Shown in pieces: positions 39,987 to 50,310 of a DNA stretch of 64,000 bases. This DNA comes from a virus: the IMG/VR virus record IMGVR_UViG_3300025120_000025, positions 1 through 64,000 of that record; one strand, given 5' to 3'. The notes below the pieces were generated by a model, which saw only the letters and a program-made list of their open reading frames with translations, made no database searches and was not told the origin of the DNA. Within the stretch, counting starts at the first letter, position 1. Each line of letters begins with the position of its first letter. A program made the translations under genes and the position numbers.

Positions 39987-40430
39987 ATGGTAGATTTAGA
40001 TAAATTACAGACAATGTGGCGTGAAGATGCTAAGTTAGATGATATCGAATTGGGTAAAGAAGCACTGAATGTAGCAAGTCTACACGCTAAATACATTACC
40101 ATTCTAAGCACTGCTAAACTCAATTTAAGAAAAGAACAAAGCGACTACGCTAAGTTAAGAAGATATAAGTGGCGATACTATAGGGGCGAACTAAATCAGT
40201 ATGAATTAAAAGACCTAGGTTGGGAACAATGGCAAGGTGCTAAACCACTAAAGAATGAAATGGATGAACAGTTAGAAGGCGACTTTGATTTAATTAAAAA
40301 GAAAGACAAAGTTGCATATTGGGAAACTATTGTGAGTTTTCTAGAATATGTCATGCGAAGTATCAACTCAAGAGGTTGGGATATTAAGAATGCAATCGAA
40401 TGGCATAAATTTACGAATGGAGTAATGTAA
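39987..40430 (+). CDS. uvsY: recombination mediator UvsY
   Basis: LH.KY, KW.YY.G, R.W.IKNAIEW.KF..G. Confidence 0.9.
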   Translation: MVDLDKLQTMWREDAKLDDIELGKEALNVASLHAKYITILSTAKLNLRKEQSDYAKLRRYKWRYYRGELNQYELKDLGWEQWQGAKPLKNEMDEQLEGDFDLIKKKDKVAYWETIVSFLEYVMRSINSRGWDIKNAIEWHKFTNGVM

Positions 40431-40615
40431 TGGGAATGACAACATCTGCCCTTTCGGGTACACCTAAAATCTGGCAATGCAGTGTTTGTGGAGAATATTA
40501 TTTTGAAAGTGAAAAGGGAGAACTACAAGAAGATTACATCTGCGAAAATTGCGGTGCGTCTTATACTAGTTTTATCGATATAACAGATGATTACAATAAT
40601 CGTATCAAAGATTAA
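40430..40615 (+). CDS. rubredoxin-like small metal-binding protein
   Basis: WQCSVCGEYY..LQEDYICENCGASYTSF (two CxxCG knuckles). Confidence 0.7.
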   Translation: MGMTTSALSGTPKIWQCSVCGEYYFESEKGELQEDYICENCGASYTSFIDITDDYNNRIKD

Positions 40616-42038
40616 TGATGTCTTTATGACAGTTGATTGTGAAGATGCTGGTGTAAAATACGAGTTATCTGACTTCTTCACGTTCAAAGTTCCAGGCGCA
40701 GAATTCATGCCTACTTTTCGTAATAAGATGTGGGATGGAAAAATACGTCTATTTAATATGTGGACTAGTCAACTGTATATAGGTCTCACAGAGCATCTAG
40801 AAGAGTTTTGCAAAACTAGAGGTTACACTCTGGTGGGTCAAGATACAGTTATACCTAAACAAAACATATCTACAGAAGATGTAGTAAAAGCACTAGTTGA
40901 TTTGAAATTACCTTTCAACCCTAGAAATTATCAAGTAGATGCAATTCGTGATGGAATCAATGATAAAAGATTAGTCATGCTATCACCTACTGGTTCAGGT
41001 AAATCTCTTATAATCTATAGTCTAACTCAACTAGGAACTACAGGTCGAGTGCTTATAGTTGTACCTACTACATCTCTCGTAGAGCAAATGTATAAAGACT
41101 TTGCTGACTATGGATATGATGTAGAGACTAACTGTCATAAGATATACTCTGGACATGATAAAAACACAGATAAAAGAATAGTAATCACTACATGGCAATC
41201 TGTATACAAATTACCTAAGAAGTGGTTTGCTGATTACAAGATGGTCATAGGTGATGAAGCACACTTATTCAAAGCAACATCACTCAAAACACTAATGGAA
41301 AAGACAGAGAATGCAGTAATGCGTTTCGGCACTACTGGTACTCTAGATGATACTAAAACACATAAGTTAATGCTAGAAGGATTATTCGGTCCTGTTCGTA
41401 GATTTACAACATCAAAACAGTTAATGAAAGATGGTCAACTCGCTAAGTTGAAGATTACTTGCTTAATGTTAAATTATAGTGATGATGTGCGCCAGGCAAA
41501 TAAGAAACTTTCTTACCAAGAAGAGATGGACTTTTTAGTATCATACACACATAGAAATACCTTTATACGCAATCTTGCGTTAGAGCAAACAGGAAATTCA
41601 CTTCTACTCTTTCAATATGTAGAAAAGCATGGTAGAATTTTATATGATATGATTAAAGAAAAAGCAGGAAACAGAAAAGTATTCTTTGTGCATGGTGGAG
41701 TAGGAGCAAATGAGAGGGAGGATATTCGTGCGATTACCGAGCAAGAACATGATGCAATCATTGTTGCGAGTTATGGTACTTTTAGTACTGGCATTAATAT
41801 TAGAAATCTTCATAATATCATTTTTGCAAGTCCTAGTAAGTCCAAAATCAGAAATCTTCAGTCTATTGGGCGTGGTCTTCGGTTAGGAGATGATAAAGAT
41901 GAAGCACAATTATTTGATATATCAGATGATATGTCTTGGAAACAAAGAACAAATTATACGCTTGAACACGCCGTTGAACGTATAAAGATATATAATGAAG
42001 AGAAGTTTAAGTACAAAACAGTAAAGGTTAAAATATGA
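40587..42038 (+). CDS. uvsW: SF2 helicase UvsW
   Basis: WDGKIRLF, SPTGSGKS, DEAH, GTTGT, QSIGRGLR. Confidence 0.96.
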   Translation: MITIIVSKINDVFMTVDCEDAGVKYELSDFFTFKVPGAEFMPTFRNKMWDGKIRLFNMWTSQLYIGLTEHLEEFCKTRGYTLVGQDTVIPKQNISTEDVVKALVDLKLPFNPRNYQVDAIRDGINDKRLVMLSPTGSGKSLIIYSLTQLGTTGRVLIVVPTTSLVEQMYKDFADYGYDVETNCHKIYSGHDKNTDKRIVITTWQSVYKLPKKWFADYKMVIGDEAHLFKATSLKTLMEKTENAVMRFGTTGTLDDTKTHKLMLEGLFGPVRRFTTSKQLMKDGQLAKLKITCLMLNYSDDVRQANKKLSYQEEMDFLVSYTHRNTFIRNLALEQTGNSLLLFQYVEKHGRILYDMIKEKAGNRKVFFVHGGVGANEREDIRAITEQEHDAIIVASYGTFSTGINIRNLHNIIFASPSKSKIRNLQSIGRGLRLGDDKDEAQLFDISDDMSWKQRTNYTLEHAVERIKIYNEEKFKYKTVKVKI

Positions 42039-42514
42039 CATTACCTATCAAACTACTAAAACTATCAAATGGAGATAGTCTAGTTGCACAGATTGACGTT
42101 AAAGAGAACGAAGATTATGTAACACTCAAAGCACCAGTTAAGATTGTACGATGGATGTCTCCTGGTAAAGAAGGCGCATATGAAAATGCTACTTTTGGTC
42201 CATGGGAATCGTTCTCAGATGAGCAAACTTTTCATATTAGCAAAAATAAAATTATTACCTTGACAGAACCTCGAAAAGATGTTAAAGTATACTATACTCA
42301 ACTTCTAGATAAATTAGCAGAAGAACCTGCAGAGAAATTATCTGCACCTACATTAGAAGATGAAATAGAGAATGAAGAAGAAAGAAAGATGAAACACCTG
42401 AAGAGATTACATAACATGGTAGAAGACCTGAATGAGACCTTAGGGTTAAACGATACTGATAAGGAAGATGTTCTAGAGTATCTTTATAACAAGGACAAGA
42501 TAACAGTTCACTAA
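42035..42514 (+). CDS. conserved hypothetical protein (Sm-like N-terminus)
   Basis: IKLLKLSNGDSLVA motif; between uvsW and gp55. Confidence 0.7.
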   Translation: MTLPIKLLKLSNGDSLVAQIDVKENEDYVTLKAPVKIVRWMSPGKEGAYENATFGPWESFSDEQTFHISKNKIITLTEPRKDVKVYYTQLLDKLAEEPAEKLSAPTLEDEIENEEERKMKHLKRLHNMVEDLNETLGLNDTDKEDVLEYLYNKDKITVH

Positions 42515-42544
42515 GAAAGGTTATTCTGAAAAGGGAACACCCCT

Positions 42545-42573
42545 ATTATACACACGATAACATACGTTGTCAA
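42545..42573 (-). promoter_or_regulatory. sigma70 consensus promoter on the minus strand (antisense)
   Basis: Reverse complement reads TTGACA-ACGTATGTTATCGTGTG (17 bp)-TATAAT. Confidence 0.8.
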
Positions 42574-42592
42574 TAGAAAACAAGGAAAGATT

Positions 42593-43150
42593 ATGGCAAA
42601 AGCGAAAAGTAAAAAAGAACATTACGTTAACAACAAAGAGTTCTTAGAAGCACTAATAGACTACAAGAAAGTATGCGATGAGCATAAGGCGAGAGAAGAA
42701 CTTAAACCACCTGTAACACGATACCTTGGTGAATGTTTCTTGAAGATTGCACAACACCTATCATACCGACCTAACTTTATTAATTATACATATAAGCATG
42801 ATATGATATCAGATGGTATTGAGAACTGCTTAATGTATCTACACAATTTCAATCCAGAGAAATCTAAAAACCCATTTGCATATTTTACGCAAATTATTTA
42901 CTATGCATTCTTGCGTAGAATTCAGAAAGAAAAAAAGCAGACTGAACTAAAAAAGAAGTTAATTCAAAACATGGTTGTAGATGATAGTATGGTTACTGCA
43001 GACCATGACGATACGCAGTATAGTAATCAATACCTTGAGTTCTTACAAGATAATATGTACAATGATGACCCTATGGCAGTGCAGGATATGAAAGATGCAG
43101 TTAAAGATAAGAAAGAACGCAAAGGTGCTTTAGACGAATTTATGGAGTAA
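42593..43150 (+). CDS. gp55: late transcription sigma factor gp55
   Basis: HYVNNKEF, YLGECFLKIA, MISDGIENC, NPFAYFTQI. Confidence 0.96.
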   Translation: MAKAKSKKEHYVNNKEFLEALIDYKKVCDEHKAREELKPPVTRYLGECFLKIAQHLSYRPNFINYTYKHDMISDGIENCLMYLHNFNPEKSKNPFAYFTQIIYYAFLRRIQKEKKQTELKKKLIQNMVVDDSMVTADHDDTQYSNQYLEFLQDNMYNDDPMAVQDMKDAVKDKKERKGALDEFME

Positions 43151-43153
43151 TAG

Positions 43154-44626
43154 ATGAAAAGCAAAAGAGTATGTGTACTAGGTGCTGGTAACGCAGGATT
43201 AATGGCGGCACTTATATTGAAAATAGAACGACCAGGACTTGATGTTTATGTTGTAGGTTCATCAGAAATAGGTATCGTAGGTGTTGGCGAAAGTAGCACA
43301 GAACACGTTAATTATTTTAGAGACTTACTTGGCGTATCAGTTCAAGATTTTGTCACAGAAAGTGGTTGTACCTTTAAGTATGGTGTAGACTTTCAAGGTT
43401 GGACCGATAAGAGATATATTCACTCTCTTACTGCGAATGACGATGGTATTCGTACAGACCCTTATCACACCGAACCAGAAGAATTATTCATGTATACAAA
43501 CATGAGTGCGAATTGCGATCCATTAGATTTAGTTCAACCTACACAATTAAACTATGAAGTTTCTGAAACAGATAATTTTCCTAATCAGTTTCACTTTGAC
43601 ACACAGAAGTTTAATAAATTTCTTCATACACAGATAAAAAAACGTGGTATTAGATATTATGATGATATTATTAGTTCAGTAAAGGTAAGTGAATGGGGCG
43701 ATTGTGAAGCGATTGAAAGTGAAAGTACAAGATATGAGGCAGACATCTTTGTTGATGCTAGTGGATTTAAAAGAATTATAGCATCAGAAGTGCCTGGTTT
43801 TGAATTTCATTCTAGACAAGATGAGATGTTTGTAGATAGTGCATTTGCATTTCAGTGTCCGCATGATGAACCAGATAACTATCCAGTATTTACTCAAGCA
43901 CACAAAATGAACTGTGGTTGGATGTGGAGAATACCTACGTCTGAACGTATGGGTAATGGTTATGCATATAGTTCAAAGCATATCTCATATGAAGATGCAG
44001 TCGAAGAAGTAACAGAGAAACTAGGGTTTAGACCAAATGTTGGTAAGACTTTCAAATTTGAAGCAGGTAATTATAAAAGAACATGGGTAGGCAATACAGT
44101 ACTGATTGGTCTATCATCACACTTTTACGAACCTTTAGAAGCAACTGCAATCGGTGTTGGCATATCACAAGCAAGAGTATTAGCGAACTATATTAATTCG
44201 TCTACCATATCTAAAAATACATACAATACAATAATTCAAGATTTATTTGAACAAGTATTTGCTTTTGTGAGACTACACTATGTAAACTGTCATGCAGATA
44301 CACCTTTTTGGCAAGATGTATCTAAGTCAATTATACCGCCAGAAGTGAAAAAATATCTTGACATTACTAGTGAACGTGTGCTATTATTAGAAGATGTTGG
44401 AAATATAAGTGGTGCAGTCACCACAGAAAATAGAATATTTGGGGCACATAACTGGAATCAAGTACTGTATGCATTAGGGTTTTTATCAGAAGAAGTTCTT
44501 AAAGACCATGTACAAGCATATGGACATATTCCTAGACGTAGAAAATTTAAAGATTTTGACGATGTGATCCCACATAAACAATTAATTGATAAATGGAACA
44601 ATAATGAAAATAGCATTAGTAACTGA
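43154..44626 (+). CDS. flavin-dependent halogenase (PrnA/tryptophan halogenase family)
   Basis: GAGNAG FAD motif, VGVGES, TFKYG (catalytic Lys position), WMWRIP, FYEPLEAT. Confidence 0.9.
   Translation: MKSKRVCVLGAGNAGLMAALILKIERPGLDVYVVGSSEIGIVGVGESSTEHVNYFRDLLGVSVQDFVTESGCTFKYGVDFQGWTDKRYIHSLTANDDGIRTDPYHTEPEELFMYTNMSANCDPLDLVQPTQLNYEVSETDNFPNQFHFDTQKFNKFLHTQIKKRGIRYYDDIISSVKVSEWGDCEAIESESTRYEADIFVDASGFKRIIASEVPGFEFHSRQDEMFVDSAFAFQCPHDEPDNYPVFTQAHKMNCGWMWRIPTSERMGNGYAYSSKHISYEDAVEEVTEKLGFRPNVGKTFKFEAGNYKRTWVGNTVLIGLSSHFYEPLEATAIGVGISQARVLANYINSSTISKNTYNTIIQDLFEQVFAFVRLHYVNCHADTPFWQDVSKSIIPPEVKKYLDITSERVLLLEDVGNISGAVTTENRIFGAHNWNQVLYALGFLSEEVLKDHVQAYGHIPRRRKFKDFDDVIPHKQLIDKWNNNENSISN
44358..44387 (+). 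promoter_or_regulatory. probable sigma70-type promoter inside the halogenase gene, serving gp47/gp46
   Basis: AAAATATC-TTGACA-18 bp-TATTAT with TGn. Confidence 0.5.
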
Positions 44627-45671
44627 TACACACTTTGGAGCAAGAAACGATAGCGAAGTCTTTAATAATTATTTCTTTAAGTTTTATGACAATGTTTTCT
44701 TTCCATATCTAGAGAAACATAATATCAAAACGTGCATACATCTAGGCGATATAACAGATAGACGTAAGTTTATAAACTTCAAGACATTACATAAGTTTAG
44801 AAAAGATTTTGTATGGCGTCTAGGTAGTATGGGTATAGACACTCATGTTATTATAGGCAACCACGATACATACTTTAAGAACACAAACGAAGTAAACAGT
44901 ATGGAAACATTGTTCACATCATTCGATGGTAAGTTAGAACCTTGGATTTATACAGAAGCATCTGAAGTAGAATTTGATGGATGTAAGATATTGTTTGTGC
45001 CTTGGATATGTGATGATAATCGTGAAAGAACTATGAACACTATTGATGAGACTGATGCACAAGTTCTTATGGGTCATTTAGAAGTCAAAGGTTTTACAAT
45101 GTATCGTGGGTTCACAAACTTTGACCATGGATTAGACAGAAGTATATTCAAGAAGTTTGATTGTGCATTTAGTGGTCACTTTCATCATAAATCAACTCAA
45201 GACAATATTACATATCTAGGTAATCCATATCAAATGACATGGTCTGACTATGGTGATAAACGTGGGTTTCACATATTCGATACAGAAACTAGAGAGATTG
45301 AATTTATTGAGAATCCGTATTCTATATTCAAGAAGTTAGAATATAATGATAGAGATAAGTCATATGAAGACTTTGATGCAAGTGATTTCAAAGACCATTT
45401 TGTAAAGGTGGTAGTAATAAACAAAATCAATGCGAAAATGTTTGACAAAGTAATAGATAAACTGTATAATGCAGATGTACATGAAATTAATATTATTGAA
45501 GATTTTACAGATTTCAATGCTACTTTTGTTGATGATAAGAATTTACAGTTAGACGATACTTTATCCTTGCTACATAGTTACGTTGATGAAGTTGACACTA
45601 CTGCGAACAAAGAACGAATAAAAAATGACATGAAACGATTATATGTTGAAGCGAGTAATCAAACAGTATGA
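44604..45671 (+). CDS. gp47: recombination nuclease gp47 (Mre11/SbcD-like)
   Basis: Start moved to MKIALV; DTHFG, LGD..DRR, GNHD, SGHFH. Confidence 0.95.
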   Translation: MKIALVTDTHFGARNDSEVFNNYFFKFYDNVFFPYLEKHNIKTCIHLGDITDRRKFINFKTLHKFRKDFVWRLGSMGIDTHVIIGNHDTYFKNTNEVNSMETLFTSFDGKLEPWIYTEASEVEFDGCKILFVPWICDDNRERTMNTIDETDAQVLMGHLEVKGFTMYRGFTNFDHGLDRSIFKKFDCAFSGHFHHKSTQDNITYLGNPYQMTWSDYGDKRGFHIFDTETREIEFIENPYSIFKKLEYNDRDKSYEDFDASDFKDHFVKVVVINKINAKMFDKVIDKLYNADVHEINIIEDFTDFNATFVDDKNLQLDDTLSLLHSYVDEVDTTANKERIKNDMKRLYVEASNQTV

Positions 45672-47386
45672 TAAAATTTGAATATGTAAGGTGGCGCAAT
45701 TTTCTATCTACAGGAAATCAATTCACCGAAATTGAAGTATGTAAATCACCAACGACACTTGTAGTTGGTTCAAATGGTTCTGGTAAGTCTACATTCATAG
45801 ATGCTCTATGTTTTGCATTGTTTAATAAACCTTTTCGTAAGATTAAGATTGGTCAGTTAATCAATTCAATTAACATGAAAGATGCACTAGTAGAAGTTGA
45901 ATTCAGTATTGGTTCTTCTCAGTATAAAGTAAGAAGAGGATTAAAACCTAATCTGTTTGAAATTTATCAGAACAATATCTTAATTAATCAAGATGCGGCA
46001 ACGAAAGACTATCAAGAGTTTTTAGAGAAACAGATACTAAAACTAAACTATAAGTCTTTCACTCAAATTGTTGTTCTTGGTTCATCGACTTTTATACCCT
46101 TTATGCAACTACCAGCACCTCATCGTAGAGAGATTATTGAAGATTTACTTGACATTCAAATATTCACACGAATGAATGATATTCTCAAAGGTGAGTTGTT
46201 ACAAGTTGGTTCAGAGTATAAAGATGCAGAGAGTAAACTGTCGGTTGTTCGACAGTCAATCGATTTGCAAGAAGACTACTTGGAGCGAATAGATGAGCAA
46301 CGTAAGAAATCGACAGAGGAAATTAACGAGCGAATTGTCAAGGCGAAGAACACAATACATGAATACACAGAAGAAGTCTCCGAAAAACAACGAACTATCG
46401 CTGAATTACAACGAAGCATTGAAGACGAGGAATCAATTACACGCAGAAAAAATAAAATAAACTCATTACAAGACCAGATGAAGCGAACACAAAAGAAAGT
46501 TGCGAATGATATTACATTCTATAGAGATAATGATGAGTGTAGTACTTGTAAGCAAGATATTCCTGTATCATTTAAAGAAGATGTAATCAAAGCAAGAACT
46601 GCTAAACTACAAGAGATTGAAGTGGCATCTGTTGATTTAGATAGAAAATGGGATGATACAAATACTAGATTGAATGAGATACATGAAGTTCAAAAGAAAG
46701 TAACTTGGCAACAACAATCTATTAATGATAGACAAGTTCGTATTCAAGCAGAGAACAGAAGCATTGCAGAATGGAATACAGACATTGAACGTGCGAATGC
46801 TATAGCATTAAATGATGAAGAACATCAAAACAAACTTGTTACTATGAGAGAAGAAGAACGTCAAGTATCTGACACAAAGAATACATTGAACGACAAAAGA
46901 TATTACTCAGAGATATCAGCAAACTTACTCAAAGATACTGGTATCAAAACTAAGATTATAAATCAATATCTACCAGTCATCAATCATTATGTAAATCATT
47001 TTCTACAAGCACTTGACTTCTTTGTTCAGTTTAATCTTGATGGTTCATTCAAAGAAACAATCAAGTCTAGACATAGAGATGATTTTAGTTACGCATCATT
47101 CTCTGAAGGCGAGAAGTTGAGAATTGATTTATCACTATTGTTTACTTGGCGTACTATTGCAAAGATGAAAAATTCAACTAACACAAATCTATTGATACTA
47201 GACGAAGTGTTTGATAGTTCATTAGACGCAAATGGTACAGAAGAGTTTTTAAAAATCCTAAATACTATGGACAAAGGAATCAATGCATTTGTCATATCGC
47301 ATAAAGGTGACACATTGTTTGACAAGTTTACAAACACAGTTCGTTTTGCGAAACCAAATAATTATTCTAGAATTGAGGCACAATGA
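45668..47386 (+). CDS. gp46: recombination ATPase gp46 (Rad50/SbcC-like)
   Basis: GSNGSGKST, CSTC hook, FSEGEK signature, LDEVFD. Confidence 0.96.
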   Translation: MIKFEYVRWRNFLSTGNQFTEIEVCKSPTTLVVGSNGSGKSTFIDALCFALFNKPFRKIKIGQLINSINMKDALVEVEFSIGSSQYKVRRGLKPNLFEIYQNNILINQDAATKDYQEFLEKQILKLNYKSFTQIVVLGSSTFIPFMQLPAPHRREIIEDLLDIQIFTRMNDILKGELLQVGSEYKDAESKLSVVRQSIDLQEDYLERIDEQRKKSTEEINERIVKAKNTIHEYTEEVSEKQRTIAELQRSIEDEESITRRKNKINSLQDQMKRTQKKVANDITFYRDNDECSTCKQDIPVSFKEDVIKARTAKLQEIEVASVDLDRKWDDTNTRLNEIHEVQKKVTWQQQSINDRQVRIQAENRSIAEWNTDIERANAIALNDEEHQNKLVTMREEERQVSDTKNTLNDKRYYSEISANLLKDTGIKTKIINQYLPVINHYVNHFLQALDFFVQFNLDGSFKETIKSRHRDDFSYASFSEGEKLRIDLSLLFTWRTIAKMKNSTNTNLLILDEVFDSSLDANGTEEFLKILNTMDKGINAFVISHKGDTLFDKFTNTVRFAKPNNYSRIEAQ

Positions 47387-47940
47387 TACTACCACTAACA
47401 AATCCACATGACGTTAAGAACTTAGGCGCACCGCCTGAATTTGATTTTCTAAACCCTATTGTTGAACCTGTAGAACTTGCAGATAGACTGTGGGAGAACA
47501 TGAAACACTATAATGGTGTAGGACTATCTGCTACGCAAGTAGGTATTCATACTAAAGTGTTTGTGATGGGTAGAGATGATTTTCGTATGAATGTTTTTAA
47601 TCCTAAAGTTATTCAGATATCACCTGAACTACAAGCATTCAAAGAAGGTTGTTTAACATGGCCATTCTTAATGTTATCAATTAGAAGACCTGTAGATTGC
47701 ACTATAACATACTACAATGAACACAACGAAGCAAAGAACATCAAACTACAAGATATGTCTGCTAGAGTATTCTTACATGAGTATGACCATATGTTAGGCA
47801 TTGATTTCACACAGAGAGCATCTAAACTAGCACTAGATATTGGTATGAAGAAAAGAGATAAGATGTTAAAAAAATTGGAGCGATCCGGAAAGTTAGAGAA
47901 AGCAGATGGAGACACTTACTCAATACCACAGACTTCCTAA
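47383..47940 (+). CDS. def: peptide deformylase
   Basis: GVGLSATQ, EGCL and HEYDH motifs. Confidence 0.93.
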   Translation: MILPLTNPHDVKNLGAPPEFDFLNPIVEPVELADRLWENMKHYNGVGLSATQVGIHTKVFVMGRDDFRMNVFNPKVIQISPELQAFKEGCLTWPFLMLSIRRPVDCTITYYNEHNEAKNIKLQDMSARVFLHEYDHMLGIDFTQRASKLALDIGMKKRDKMLKKLERSGKLEKADGDTYSIPQTS

Positions 47941-48442
47941 AGAAGACGAAATCGTATCACAAGGTTTAGAACTGTTTAGTTGGGATACTGCTATTGAAAA
48001 TTTTGAAGCATCTGTAGCAGAACGAAAAAAGTATTCTGACTTTGTTCAACGTGGTGTGAGAGTTGTGGGTATTGAGGATGAAGATGATGAAACAAAGTTT
48101 AATATGTTACCTACACTTGTTTCTCATCATGCAGAACTAATACCAGTCGTTCAAGAAATGAGAAAAGTGTTAGAATTTAAACACAATGTCAAAGACCCAC
48201 ATAGAGTTAATTGTCATATGTTTATATCACTGGTATCACACTCACAATGCTTTGACTGGCACAGTGATTATGATAACACATACATCTGGCAGATAAAGGG
48301 TAGAACAAAATGGTACACTGGTGAAGATGATGCCATACTTGAACCAAATGATATGATATATATTCCACACGGAAAGATGCACAGATTAGAAATTATAGAA
48401 CCAAGAATATCAGTAAGTTTCAGCATTGAGAGAAAGGTATAA
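47906..48442 (+). CDS. JmjC/cupin-like Fe(II) oxygenase
   Basis: WHSD..WQIKG..W..LEPNDMIYIP.G.MH..RISVS. Confidence 0.75.
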   Translation: METLTQYHRLPKEDEIVSQGLELFSWDTAIENFEASVAERKKYSDFVQRGVRVVGIEDEDDETKFNMLPTLVSHHAELIPVVQEMRKVLEFKHNVKDPHRVNCHMFISLVSHSQCFDWHSDYDNTYIWQIKGRTKWYTGEDDAILEPNDMIYIPHGKMHRLEIIEPRISVSFSIERKV

Positions 48443-48443
48443 T

Positions 48444-49577
48444 ATGGAAGAAGCAATGAAAGATTGGCAGAAAGGATATCAGTTAGATTATCTAAAAGAG
48501 ATTACTGCCGAGTACGATAATTATAATAAATACACCGATAGTCCTTTTGCACAGTTCAAGAAGAATAACGTAGCAGACTTTTTAGATAAAGGTACTCTAC
48601 GCAAAGCAGGCGATGCTTGGATTAATATTAAAGAAGCAAAAGTTCGTTCTAAGATTACGATGCATGGAACTGGACCTATCATCGGTTATAAAGAACCTGG
48701 TGATGTTATAATTGAAAATATTTCTCAGTACACAGAGAATGTAAAAAACTATATCGGAGCATATTCTAATAGAAGTTGCTGGTTGTTTGGTTGGGCAGAA
48801 GATGAAAAGTTTATTCATTTTGCTGAAGATTGTGGGTTTGAGTATGTTGGTAGTAAAATAACGACATTTGCAGAGATTTATAGCGTATACTATCGTAATT
48901 CTAGTATATCCTTCGAGGATCGTTCACACACGCTCATAGACGGCGCTGAGGCGGTTAACATCAAGAAGTGTACATTTGATAACATCGAAACATCGTTTAT
49001 CGTCACTGAACTAGAAAATATCCAACAAGAATACACAAATCACTACTCAAATTACAATAAGAAAGGATCATGGTCAGCAATATCTCTCAGAGGTTACAGA
49101 CCAGATGCATCTTTTATTGCAAAACCAGTAGAGATGAATAAGAAATGGAAAGCAGATAACGATACATGGGAAGAATGGCAATGTGAAGATACCCCATTGC
49201 GTGAAAAGTTTCCTTATGTAAATGAACTTATTTCGAAGATACCTACTGATAGGGTCGAACGGATTAGATTTATGTCTCTCGTACCAGGAGGTGGAGAATT
49301 GAGTAGACATACTGACCAAGTCGATCCTGACTTAGGTGTTGCAGACGGAAGAATTATGAGACTACATATTCCAGTAATTACAAATCCTAAGATGGAGTTT
49401 ACTTCATGGAATATGCATGGTCAGAAACATAATGTAAATATGAAAGAAGGTGAACTGTGGTACCTCGATATTCGAAAACCACACATGGCAGTGAATAATG
49501 GTGATGATATCAGAATTCATTTAGTAGTGGATGTAGAAGCAAATGATAAATGCAGACGATTATTTAGCGTTAGTTGA
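48444..49577 (+). CDS. fusion of GNAT-like N-domain and Asp/Asn/Pro-hydroxylase-type 2OG-Fe(II) domain
   Basis: C-domain RHTD..RLHIPVITNP..GELWYLD..PH..RIHLVVD; N-domain WL..WAED..F...CGF..VG resembles GNAT motif B (weak); ATG at 48444. Confidence 0.7.
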   Translation: MEEAMKDWQKGYQLDYLKEITAEYDNYNKYTDSPFAQFKKNNVADFLDKGTLRKAGDAWINIKEAKVRSKITMHGTGPIIGYKEPGDVIIENISQYTENVKNYIGAYSNRSCWLFGWAEDEKFIHFAEDCGFEYVGSKITTFAEIYSVYYRNSSISFEDRSHTLIDGAEAVNIKKCTFDNIETSFIVTELENIQQEYTNHYSNYNKKGSWSAISLRGYRPDASFIAKPVEMNKKWKADNDTWEEWQCEDTPLREKFPYVNELISKIPTDRVERIRFMSLVPGGGELSRHTDQVDPDLGVADGRIMRLHIPVITNPKMEFTSWNMHGQKHNVNMKEGELWYLDIRKPHMAVNNGDDIRIHLVVDVEANDKCRRLFSVS

Positions 49578-50310
49578 AGATTGGGTCGACCCTTATGATG
49601 CACCCGTTATTGAGATGCATGATGACATTCATGTTGTTCGTGACGATTTGCTTCCTGCTGGTAGTAAGATTAGGTTCATCGACAAACTCATTAGAGATAC
49701 CGAATGCGAAGAATGGGTATTTGGAGGAAGCAACAAAGTTGGTTGGGGTCCTATTTCTTTAGCGTATGTTTGTAAAAAATATAATAAGAATTCAACTTGC
49801 TTTTGGGCGGCACGAAAAGAACCAACATGGCATCAAGAAAAATATCTTGAATACGGAGGTAATATTGAATGGGTGAAGATGGGAATGTTAAATGTTACTC
49901 TGTCAAAAGCAGAGCATTATCGCAGAGAGAGTCCGAAGACCCGAAAGACGTTGCCTTTAGGACTAGAACACGATTGGGTGCTAGGAAGTATAGTGAAAGT
50001 ATCGCAGTCGCTACCTCTAGTGCCAGACGTAATATGGACAGTAGGATCAAGCGGAACTCTGAACCGAGGGTTGCAACTTGCATTCCCAGAGTCCGAAGTT
50101 CATGTGATACAGACGGGTCATAAACTTAGTGAGAGACAGATTGGTAGAGCAATCTTACATGAAGTACCTTATAAGTTTGATAAACCAGTAAAAGAGGAAG
50201 AAGCACCACCTTTTCCTTCTGCGCCTGAATATGATGCGAAAGCATGGAAAGTGATAAAAGAAAATATGAACAATAGTAAAACTAATTTATTTTGGAATGT
50301 AGCGGCATGA
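49543..50310 (+). CDS. PLP-dependent enzyme (fold type II; ACC deaminase/cysteine synthase-like)
   Basis: VVRDDLL..GSKIR (PLP Lys), VGSSGT loop, YDAKAW, LFWNV. Confidence 0.8.
   Translation: MINADDYLALVEDWVDPYDAPVIEMHDDIHVVRDDLLPAGSKIRFIDKLIRDTECEEWVFGGSNKVGWGPISLAYVCKKYNKNSTCFWAARKEPTWHQEKYLEYGGNIEWVKMGMLNVTLSKAEHYRRESPKTRKTLPLGLEHDWVLGSIVKVSQSLPLVPDVIWTVGSSGTLNRGLQLAFPESEVHVIQTGHKLSERQIGRAILHEVPYKFDKPVKEEEAPPFPSAPEYDAKAWKVIKENMNNSKTNLFWNVAA

Noticed and set aside
47383-47940. Peptide deformylase as a novelty
   Set aside because: Already known from marine phages; the motifs are essentially canonical
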